DNA of 57,676 nucleotides, the filler included, from Sphacelaria rigidula (Eukaryota): assembly GCA_964200075.2 (NCBI GenBank). It is 5 parts of 5 records of this genome, joined end to end, with 100 filler letters (N's around TTAATTAATTAA, not from the genome) between each part and the next. Parts side by side here need not be neighbours in the genome. Positions count along the whole stretch, not along the records: positions 34,671 to 46,123 come from CAXNAA020004903.1; positions 46,224 to 57,676 come from CAXNAA020004904.1; 3 more parts are not named here. One strand, written 5' to 3'. Positions 37,047 to 47,226 of the stretch are shown here, piece by piece (the first letter of the stretch is position 1; the number at the start of each line of letters is the position of its first letter). Made by a program: the position numbers and the translations under genes. The notes below the pieces were generated by a model. It had not been told where the DNA came from and did no database searches. It was given only the letters and a program-made list of their open reading frames with translations.

Positions 37047-40000
37047 TTATTCGCCATAACAGCACCCCGCCTTAGGCAAGGCCGCCAAGGGAGCGCGAGC
37101 GCCTGTACTCTGGGCGCAAGGGCATGCAGCCAAGGGCTTGGTATCCGCCACGGCTGCTGCCTTTTCGAATCGCTGCTTGACAACATCAGCCTGTCATGAC
37201 AAGAATTGGGAAAACATTTTCACGGCGACGTGGTGCTTGATGTCGTTTTTGCGAGAAGTGCGTTGAGGAAAATACAGACATCACGTCATCAGATCCCACT
37301 TTCGCCGTCGACAGCACGAGCAAGCCAATCAGTGTGTCAGCACCAATCAACCAGGGCACCCAATACGTAGCAAATGGGATATTTCATGAGAAGAATATGC
37401 GGACGTGAAAAACACGAGCTACGAAGGTGTCCGAAAACACGAGCTGAGAGGTGGGCACAAGCACCTCTACTCCAGCATACACGGCAAGCAGTTGAGCTTG
37501 CCGATCGACAGCACACTGATGTGAAACGAGTCTCTGAGCGGAAAGACGCATACACACCTCGCCTACCTCCGTAATTATTCTCGGCGCGTCAACCGTTCCG
37601 CGTTTTTCGTGTGCCTCACAACAATAGCAACCAATTCTAACACATCACACAGTTCCCACCTGGGGGTCCTCCGCCTTCTCGAGGCATTGGTACAGCCCAA
37701 GAAGCCCCCACATGTTCTCCTTGTACATTTTCAGATTGGACCTGAAAGCAAACGTGCGATGATGGAGTATTTTGTCCTGTCAATGCTTCTCCAGCAAGAG
37801 CTTCGCTCGACGAATTGTGCTGCACTTTACTCGGTGTGTCACAAACAACAGCCGCATAGTACTTGTCAAGGTCCAGTAAGGTCGTGAGCTGCACAAGTGC
37901 TCACAGCAGCTCATTCAGAATTCGACGCGTTTTACCACGTACGCTGCCATATCAACAATCTAGCGCTACCGCCACCGCCACCGCCAAGGATAATACTGTT
38001 CCTTCTTTGCCGCATAATACTGCCCGAGGGTAGACTGACTTCTCCCCAGCATGTATTGACAAACAGCATGTGCTAGCTGTCCGTCGAAATGCTGAGTTGC
38101 CGGTTCGACGAGTATGGCGCGGAGGCGAAGAGTTAGTGATATTATTTATGACGGGGGGACATTGTTAGTAGAACGAGGGGGGGGGATGGAACACATTGGG
38201 CACACCGTGAGAAAGCTGACGACTGTGGCTTTCCAGCGGTGGTGATTTCTTCCTCAGGCGTATCGAATAGCGTGCAAGAGGGTAGGATGATAATTACAGC
38301 GGTGGTTTTTGTAGGGAGGAAAAATATCATCCCTACACCCCTAAAACAAATACAGACGGCATATCAACTCAAATGGAGTGGGGGGTTTCAATTCACAGTG
38401 TACCCCACGGCGATACCTCGTGGAGAAGATGAGAAAACACCGGCGCATCCCGGCACTAATATGCCCGTGAATGAAGGTCCCAGCGAGCAGGAATTCGTGG
38501 GCAAAAAAAATAACAAGAAACACGGTGGAATAATGAAGACGTCATGAACTGTTCGGACCTGTGCCGAACTTCTGCTGAAACTCTGCTGAACAGAACACAC
38601 GCTCCATCTCATGTTACCTAGGTTTGGAATGCGACAGCTGTAATTTTTTCATCGCCTCGGTCTCGGGGAGCAAATCGGTATGTGACACTTCATAGCCCGC
38701 CGCACACACACTAGACCTGAAGACCTACGGGGCGGAGTTTTCTAAGTCACCACACGGACCCCAAAAGCCCCAAAACGTTGATGGAAACGTGTTTTCAAGT
38801 ACATTTTGGCGGTTCGGAGCGTGCTGCGGCCTCTGCGGCACGCGTTCCGGAAATCCGCCCCGCCAGTCACCAGCTCTGGTGTGTGGAAAGCGCACACATC
38901 AAACCGCTGTTCAATCCTCTGCTTGGTTGCCGAGTAAGCCGCGTTGAAACATAGGCACAATATACTGCAACAAGAGGGGCAAAGCAGCAACACGAGCAGC
39001 AGCTTCTATCCTCCTGTCGTGGTAACCCAGCGAACAGGTGTACAGCAACGTCAGTCGCACGTTCGTCGTGGAATGTACTATATTAATAGTACATTTTTTA
39101 TGAGCGGTCGTCATTTCGAGTGACGCGTGCACTTGTGAATGATACTGATTGGCTCATTAAGGTTTCGCTTCTTCTGCATCTAACTGACTGTGCAGTTGGT
39201 CGTTCCATTTTCCCGATATATAGTGCCCAAATTCAGGCCCCGTTCACGGGCATAACTGTGCCAAATATTCCAAGGGCGTAATCTTCCAAGGACGTGAAGA
39301 ACTCGTTGCCTGGCGAGAAAGCCGTGTACTCAATCATACTGCGTGTACTGGACGGAACTGTACTGCGCTGCTTGCACTGCATGCTCGACATGCCTATATT
39401 GCGTGAGAGGACCGCGTGCTTAGAGGACCGCATCGCAGTTCGAAACACCTCAAGTTCGACGTTTTTCAAAACCAATCGGGGCAGTCCCTAACCCCAACAC
39501 TAACCCAAACCATCGGGATATTAAAACGCCGATGCGATCTTCTAAGCACGCGATCCTCTCACGCATTACAATTACTGCGCATATCATACTACATTGACTG
39601 CCGCGTCCCGGTGGTGTAATGGTCCAACTGACGCCATTAGGGTGTAGAGAACGGGGGTTCGATTCCCGATCCGTTGTTTTTTTTCTTCGTCATGTATGAT
39701 TTCCACCATGGAAAGCGTGATAACGTGAGAACGTGAGAAAAACAAAGTAATCGACTGGGTTTGTGTGGCGTGAGTTGACGCGTTGCGGGAGTGCTGATAG
39801 TCATGACCCAATCCGTGAGACCAAAATGAAAGGCACGTACCGGGGGAGAGATGGGTCGATCCCTTGAGACCACAGACTCATCCCGAGGAGGGGGAAAGGT
39901 TCAAAGTGTGAGGCAAACAAAAAAAAAATGCGTTGCTTGCACTGCAAGCTCGACAATACTGCGTGTACTATAGCATGCTGTAATACGCTGCTTGCACTGC

Positions 40001-43000
40001 CTGTATACCTTCATACTGTGTGTACAGTACTGTACTGGGTCGTACGGTCTGTACCCTGTACTCATCTGATCGCATTGCTCGCTGTACTCTGTTGTGCTGC
40101 GTGTGCTGTGTTGGTGCCTGTAGGGGGCTTCCTTCATTACACAATGATATATCGTAGACACCAACACGCTGTCGTTTGTTGAACTTGAGGCCAACACGCC
40201 GCAGACATGACGTGTCATATCTCAACACCCATGCACCAGGATTGGAGGGACACCGACGAGAATAATTCCTGGAACATTCCTTGCCTTCTAGTATGCATTT
40301 TACTGTTGTTTCTCCCCAGATGATCCGTGATCGCGTGGACCTCGCGGTTCATCCGAGCGATCGTTTGTCGATTTTGACGTCAACATCCCGAACACATGGC
40401 ACGTCACATCGCAACCCCGTGAATAAGGCTTGTAGACGTACCAACAGGGAAAAACACCAACACGAAATGTTATCTCACCTCTTTTGTGGTCGTTTTCATT
40501 TTTCATTACAGACCAATGATCGTGTCAACCTCACCGTCCATCCAAACTATCGTTTGTCTGCATCGACGTCAACACGCCGGAGAGGTGGCACGTAGTATCT
40601 CGCCAGCAAAAGTTAACGAAATGTCCCTGACCTCGTTGCGTGCATTTTCCGTTGTATTTATCGTGCGGGCTGGTGATCGCGTGAACCTTGTGCTTCATCC
40701 GAGCTATCGCTCGTCAAATTCGACCAACAATCGCTCGAGCCACGCCCGCTGATGTCACATATATTTTTATTATTATTTCCGCACATTGGTCCGATCTCGC
40801 GAACCCGCGGTCACAGATCCGACTTACAATTTTCCAAGAGTAGGTCGAGTAGAGTATGGCCTTTTGAGTACCAGAGTAAAATACTTAATTATGTACTCCA
40901 CTCGACGTTTGAGTAGGTCGAGTACGGCCTCCAATACTCTACTCAAATTTTGAGTAGGTCGAGTACGACCTCAAATACTCTACTCAAATATTGAGTAAGA
41001 ACCCTCAGTAGTACTTGAGTAAAGAGTATCAATTGAGTGTGACCTCAATACTCTACTCAAATTTTGATAACGTCGAGTACGGCCTCAAATACTCTACTCA
41101 ATTTTTGAGTAGGTTGAGTATGGTCTGAAATAATCTACTCAAATTTTGAGTACTAAGAGAACGACCTCAAATACTCTACTCTAATTTCGAGAAAGCACTC
41201 CCAGTACTACTTGAGTATAGAGTATCACCTGAGTATGTCCTCAATACTCAAATTTGAGTACGCCGAGTACGGCCTCAAATACTCTGCTCAACAATTGAGT
41301 AGATCGAGTACGACCTCAAATAGTCTACTCAAATACTGAGTAAGCACTCTCCGTAATACTTGAGTACAGAGTACCCCTTGGGTATGGCGAGTATCTCTGA
41401 CAGTCGGCGACTTTTTGCCGTCACTTCATCGACTATGTTGAATACATTGGCAAACGATCGCCATCAATTAGATGGGCGGCGTTACATCATAGCCAGCAAG
41501 GAGTATGAGCGAATGGTGGCCAAAAAATAATGAAATAAAAAAGCGTGCAGGTGAATGAACCTACCTGCCCCAGCGCCCCATCTCACCAGTCGGTTTAGTA
41601 TGGGAACGACCATTTTTTCAAGGGTAGGTCGAGTAGAGTATTTACTTTTGAGTATTAGAGTAAAATACTCAAGTATTTACTCTACTCGACGTTTGAGTAG
41701 ATCAAGTACGACCTCAAATACTCTACTCGACGTTTGAGTAGGTCGAGTACGGCCTCAAACACTCTGCTCAAATTTTCAGTACGTTGAGTACGGCCTCCAA
41801 TACTCTACTCAAGTTTTGAGTAGGTCGAGTACGACCTCAAATACTCTACTCGAATATTGAGTAAGCACTCTTAGTAATACTTGAGTATAGAGTATCAATT
41901 GAGGATGACCTCAATACTTTACTCAAATTTTGAGTACGTCGAGTACGGTCTCAAATACTCTACTCAAATTTTGAGTAGGTTGAGTATGGTCTGAAATACT
42001 CCACCCAAATTTTGAGTACTAAGAGTATGACTCTTCAAAAATACTGAGAATGGAGTATAATCTACTCGACCTGCCCTTGCAATTTTCCCTCGTTTCATCT
42101 CTAACCTGAAGACATTAGTCGCCTCCTCCAAGCGCCCCTGCTCCAAGAGAAGGGTCCCCAAAGCATGCTCCGCTGGTATCATCCATCCCCAGGGCTCATC
42201 ATACTTCAGCCCCAAGTCACGCCTACCGTGGTTATTCGCAACGGCGACGTCAATGACACATTTGAGTCAGCATGTAGGCGAAACCAATGGCGCGTGGAAG
42301 GAACTGTAATGCGTGAGAGGACCGCGTGCTTAGAGGACCGCATCGGTATTTGAACATTCCTATGGTTAGGGTTAGGGTTAGGGTTAGTGTCGGGGTTAGG
42401 GTCAGGGGCGTGGTCCCTGCAGGGACTGATCTGAGTTGTTTCGAAAAACGTCGATCCTGGGGTGTTTTGAACTAAGCACGCGATCCCATAAGCACGCGGT
42501 CCGAACATGGGCCAATGTTTGAAATCACCCACACCCTGGACAATATATTGTCAATATATGCAAGAGATAAAATATGTACCGGATAAAGTATAGGCCTATT
42601 GCAATTATTGACGGCCGACAATAGTGGCAATAGGTGTATACTTCACCCAGCACACCCCTTGTCAATAGCATATTTTGTGCATATATTGGCATTATCCAGG
42701 ATGCGAAACCGTCAGCACGACACATCAGGAGTGCAGGAATATTGGCGCTCTGAATAATGCGTATTTTGTGCGTGCTGGAGCCCGTGCTATGTAGGCTGCT
42801 CCACCCACAGTCGATACGCCGTTTTCAATTCAAGGCATGACAAAACATACAGGACGGCAAGTAGCATACCCTCGCTGTGAAACAGATCGTTTGACTTGCG
42901 GTGGCGTGTCAGGCACGTTGTGCCCGATGCTGCAGCCCACAAGCGTTCTCACAGTTGCACAGACGGCTCGCCGCTGCTCCCTCACCAAGCGGCTACCACC

Positions 43001-43929
43001 GTAGTGGTCACGACAACAATCCAGTTACCAAAAAGGTATCGCGGTTGTACTCGGAACGTGCGGCCTGACTGAACGTACCACACAGCCCTGCATAAAAGCC
43101 TTGAGCAAGGGCACACTCACCGCACAGCCTCTCTGAGGTGGGAGAACGCGGCATCGAAGTTCCCTTTTCGATACTCAATTTCCCCCGCCAGCGTTGCTTC
43201 TCCGACCTTCAGAATGCAAGGCCCTTCCTCCGTCATGACAAAATCTAGCACAGGAGGAGCGGAACACGGACGAATACGAAACAAACCCGATTCCGAATGT
43301 GGCACTATGAGAGTTGAACAGCGTATCATGTTACCGCAATCACATGACATCATTACTTCGAGGATGCGGTACATTTTGCCGTGTGCGATGCATACTGCTG
43401 CTACGAACAATCATCACCAGTGCTTCGAAGCTAGCCCCCCCCTAGAGTGTCACTCAGCACAGCGTAATGCGTGAGAGGACCGCGTGCTTGGAGCACAGCA
43501 CCGGAATTGAAACACCCCTATGGTTAGGGCTGGGTTAGTGCTGGGGTTGGGGTCAGGGGTGTGGTCCCTGCGGGGACTGGCCCAATTGGTTTTGAAAAAA
43601 GTCGATCTTGAGGTGTTTTGGACTACGATGCAGTCCTCAAAGCACGCGGTCCTTTCACGCATTACAACGGATTGCGGAGTAGACTGCAGACATGACCCGA
43701 GTAAGCCGGTCTCCATTTCACCAAAATCCTGTTCGCTAGCGGAAAATAGTGCACCGTGCATCACGATGCACACGCAACGGAACCCCAGGACTTGCCGAGT
43801 TTCACTGAAAGGAAACTTGCTCTGCTGGTTGTACACAGCTTTGCGATACGAAGTCCGCCATGTTGACTCACTGCAGTGAACACGGCGGCCCTCCAGATCA
43901 GGGTTCTTCATAGCATCCAAATATTTCGC
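37047..43929 (-). CDS. TPR-like helical repeat protein (YDEPWGWM family); last five exons, 5'-incomplete
   Basis: Exons 43929-43872, 43244-43121, 42222-42106, 37741-37660 and 37190-37047 have canonical GT-AG sites and matching phases (1,2,2,0). They give AKYLDAMKNPDLEGRRVHCNFVMTEEGPCILKVGEATLAGEIEYRKGNFDAAFSHLREAVRRDLGLKYDEPWGWMIPAEHALGTLLLEQGRLEEATNVFRSNLKMYKENMWGLLGLYQCLEKAEDPQADVVKQRFEKAAAVADTKPLAACPCAQSTGARAPLAALPKAGCCYGE*. Confidence 0.88.
39395..39570. mobile_element. TIR MITE with CCCTAA-like hexamers (copy 2, TPR gene intron)
   Basis: GCGTGAGAGGACCGCGTGCTTAGA ... TCTAAGCACGCGATCCTCTCACGCATTACA; internal CCCTAACCCCAACACTAACCCAAA. Confidence 0.8.
39605..39890 (+). mobile_element. Putative tRNA-derived SINE (TPR gene intron, antisense to the gene)
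   Basis: A box TGGTGTAATGG (39612-39622) and B box GGTTCGATTCC (39656-39666); no acceptor stem. The 3' part (~39807-39890) matches the reverse complement of ~20296-20379 on another contig. Confidence 0.62.
40325..40740 (+). repeat. Degenerate tandem repeat, three units (~157-190 bp period)
   Basis: TGATCG.GT..ACCT.....T.CATCC....(T/G)ATCG at ~40328, 40517 and 40674. Confidence 0.65.
40835..42079. mobile_element. Non-autonomous hAT-type element (1245 bp) with a perfect 8-bp TSD
   Basis: CAATTTTC at 40827-40834 and 42080-42087; TIRs CAAGAGTAGGTCGAGTAGA / TCTACTCGACCTGCCCTTG; the body is made of TACTCAAATTTTGAGTA-type palindromes; a second left TIR lies at 41619. No transposase. Confidence 0.9.
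42305..42502. mobile_element. TIR MITE with (TTAGGG)3 (copy 3, opposite orientation, right TIR truncated)
   Basis: TGTAATGCGTGAGAGGACCGCGTGCTTAG; TTAGGG x3 at 42366-42383, then TTAGTG TCGGGG TTAGGG TCAGGG; ends AAGCACGCGGTCC. Confidence 0.8.
43463..43666. mobile_element. TIR MITE with degenerate TTAGGG hexamers (copy 4)
   Basis: GTAATGCGTGAGAGGACCGCGTGCTT / AAGCACGCGGTCCTTTCACGCATTAC; internal TTAGGG CTGGG TTAGTG CTGGGG TTGGGG TCAGGG. Confidence 0.8.
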
Positions 43930-44057
43930 CTGCCGCGCGGCGAAAACGGTAGGGAGTACAGGGGCGCGAGCTGTAAACATCGATAGCCAAGCATGAGGTA
44001 GGGATTCCCCGGTCATACGCCGATGTAGTACCGCAACTTGTGCCCTAGCAGTGACCC

Positions 44058-44333
44058 TTTCCACGATAGCGCCACCCCCCCCCCCCTCTCCAAAACAAAA
44101 CACCCCAAAAGTGTCACGAAAATGGACATACAGCGGCTGATTTTTGGGTTCAGGCTGCATAAAGCGCCTCATATCGGCGACAAAGGCGAGAACGAACCCA
44201 AGCGTGGGAATTCCCATTTGCTCGTTGTGCTCGGCTTATTCCGTTTCGATTTACGTGAAGATTTCGCCTCCTCAAACCAGCCACTTGTTTTCCTTTTCTT
44301 TTTTTTTGGGGGGGGGGGGAAGTACGGTAGAAA
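44058..44333. mobile_element. MITE, inverted second copy of the 35772-36015 family
   Basis: TTTCCACGATAGCGCCACCCCCC ... GGGGGGAAGTACGGTAGAAA; interior GGGTTCAGGCTGCAT and AACCCAAGCGTGGGAATTCCCA are reverse complements of copy 1. Confidence 0.75.
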
Positions 44334-46123
44334 TTGTCCAGTGCTTTCATCCTCTGAACGTGCATTTAGTCGCGTCATCAGCGTTAACTTGCGAGCTACA
44401 CCAAGGAAGAGTTATGCAACTTCGAGCGGCCATTTGCGTGACAGGCGATTAGTTCCAACACATCGAACACAACTGTTCACATCTTCTATAACAGATACCG
44501 GTAAAAACGTGCGCTGTATCAAGGATGATAGGATATATACTTATTACTTGTTGCAACTGGACAACGGATTCAACTCGGGTTTTTTTCCACTCTCGTCTAT
44601 AATCAAGGGTATGCAGAACTCCATACAATATGAGCTGTGCACAAAGCGCGTTCGTGCGGTCCAAATCGAACCGAGGAAAAAAAATGGAATTGAATTGAAT
44701 CCGCCCAGAATTGACAGTTTCAGAAACTCGTTCGTGCGTCAGGTTATTATTCGTCATCTCAAAAATTTGATACTTCCGAAAAATTGCATCTGTTCTCTCA
44801 GCATTTTGAGTCCCTCCCGCACGTGACGTGTAACAAACGTCTCGCGAAACTAGGAACCTCAGAAAGCTTACGCCGGCATGAGATATTCGCTGAAAAAGAG
44901 TTACGGGACGAAACAACCACATGGCTCACCAAATCCTCCAGCACGTACAACCAAGGGGTGACACATGTAAGGAAACCTATACCGTATTTTGTAGAGCTCG
45001 GAAACGGTTTGTCTAACCATTAACCAGTTGAATGATTAGCGTAACCATTCACCAGTAAAATGGTACATCATGGTTTGGTCATCGAGCGGTGCAGCGGCGA
45101 GCCGAAATCCCCCCCCTGGTCTTACGACTATGGCATGCATGATCATGAGTACACCCCCCCCGGCAGAGGGGGCCCTGCCGGAGGCGCCGTGCCTTAGGCA
45201 CGTTTTTACGCGATTTGGCTTCACTAGAGCTTAAAAATGCGTCAAGTTTGGGCCATTTTTGAAGGGCTGTATGTGGCATACGTAGCCGGTAACGGCTTAT
45301 ACAGTCGGTAACCATAAATACCGGTTTGAAACTATTATCCATTTTCTTCATATTAACCATTACCATTATTACCATGACAGGGATAATGGCCAGTTATGAC
45401 TGGTACCATGTTCGAGGGCTAGCATCTTAAAAATATTTCCGAGACTCACGTGTGGTGGCAGGAGTGGGGCAGGGTACTACAAATCCTGGTACTACGGCTA
45501 CTCGATGATGCCGGGCATCTGAATCTTGTCCACGTTGAGAGGATGATACTGCCGTCGGTGCGAGGATATGCTCTGTTCAAATATTGCCCGGAGTTGACCG
45601 CGGATCAGAACATTTGGGTTGATGTGAGGACCGAAAAATCCCAGTAAAGTGGCGGAGGGTTGGACTTGCCTGAAGCCCGCGCGGCTCTTGATAGTTGGGA
45701 ATCGTCGGGAGGAGGAATCAGTTCACCAAATCTGTTATCTGCGTGCCTTGAATTACTCCTGTACGTACTGCAGCTTTACTGCAGCTGCCTGAAGATAGGC
45801 ATTGACACCGCCTTCATGGTAGGTTGGTTCGCCCACGTGTACAACATTTTTACAAGGCTGAAACAGCAGGGAGGGGGGCCGAGGGGAGCGGAGGCGCACG
45901 TCACAACCGTGCCACCCTTCGTACACGAGCAAAAAAATGGAATATTAATGCTCCGGAAGCGTCAGGATGGTTGATCCGCAGGAACGACGGCAAAAGTGCC
46001 GTATGACTGCAAATTAACGAGGGTACTCCTCGGTAATTTGCCGTCAACAGGCGGTAATTTTTTAAAATCGACATACTGGCCGCAAGAAAACAAATTACCA
46101 AAAACAAATGTGATGGCGAAAAA

Positions 46124-46223
46124 NNNNNNNNNNNNNNNNNNNNNNNNNNNNNNNNNNNNNNNNNNNNTTAATTAATTAANNNNNNNNNNNNNNNNNNNNN
46201 NNNNNNNNNNNNNNNNNNNNNNN
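46124..46223. other. Artificial contig linker
   Basis: Same 100-bp spacer. Confidence 0.97.
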
Positions 46224-47226
46224 CACGTTCTCTCCACCCTAGTGGCGACAGTCGGACCATTACACCACCGGGGCGCGGCAGTGTATTCCATGTTTATTCC
46301 ATATGTCGCAGCAGTGCTCTAGTAGCTTGCCACCGTACATCACTTGCGAGGCATGAAAGCACATACCCCCCACGAAAACGGCTCAGTGAAGACATACATG
46401 CTGTACATGATGCGCTCGACTTGTAGCTCAACCAGTCACGGGTTCTCCAACACTCACTTCTGTAAAGATACTCGGATACACGTGTTCATGTCAATTGACC
46501 TTTTGCCCTTGCGAAGAAAAAAAAACTGTCCGAACACAGAATGTGCCGTATTTGTTCTGCGTCAATCTGTGGAGGGGGTCGCAGCGTAACGGTTAGCTCA
46601 CGTCATCACGCTTTCCGCGACAGAGACCAGTAAAATACGCAAACGCACTACTTGTACTCCGCCCAAACCAGCCAACGATGTACCAATTGAGCCACCGGGG
46701 CGGGGCGACTTCCGAGTGTATACGCAGCAGCGGCGACTGGCCACTTCGGCTGGCTGCTTATTTATCCTGTTGGCATTGTTCTTTATTTGTAGCAAATGGA
46801 CGAGTTGGGCTGTTATTTGACAGGCTATGGTGCTCTCACTGCATAGCACGTCTTAAGAGATGGAGTGAACGATGTGGGCACTCGCGTGTACTCGGTGAGG
46901 CTCCCACGCTCCTCCCCAAACCCTCGTATCCACGTCCTTACGTACATGAAGCTCCTACCTTATCTGAAATGTTTCTGCCAACGTGTCGGTCCATAACGTC
47001 TGGCCTGATCATTCCGGAACATCCCACTAGACAGCTTGAGCTCAGAGTTTTTATTTTGTGCGAAACGATCAATCAGGGCGTAGTCTTGACCGCCGTACTG
47101 CTTTGTTCCACTGTAGTACTTGTGTAGAGATTGTGTTACACCTGTGCGCTGAAGCTCTACAGTGGCGTAACTTTGCACGATTTAACATTTATTTATTATT
47201 TACTGTTTTTTCCGTGCTGACACCAG

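Noticed and set aside
39172..39320. Candidate TPR exon (CCAG|...LRPWNIW...)
   Set aside because: Exon 37741-37660 (SNLKMYKENMWGLLGL) fits the phase and family motif better and leads to a proper terminal exon.
39605..39675. Intact tRNA gene
   Set aside because: A and B boxes are present, but the acceptor stem (GTCCCGG vs CCGATCC) and anticodon arm do not pair.
40835..42079. Regularly spaced palindromic repeats resembling a CRISPR array
   Set aside because: The intervening sequences are themselves repeats rather than unique spacers, there are no cas genes, and TIRs with an 8-bp TSD identify a transposon.
42366..42407. True telomere or chromosome-fusion scar
   Set aside because: Only three perfect hexamers in tandem, inside a dispersed TIR element in an intron.
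44868..45974. Possible upstream TPR micro-exons (minus strand) and a plus-strand frame 45450-45974 broken by one stop
   Set aside because: The implied introns are only ~40-70 nt, and the peptides match neither the TPR family nor any motif I recognise.
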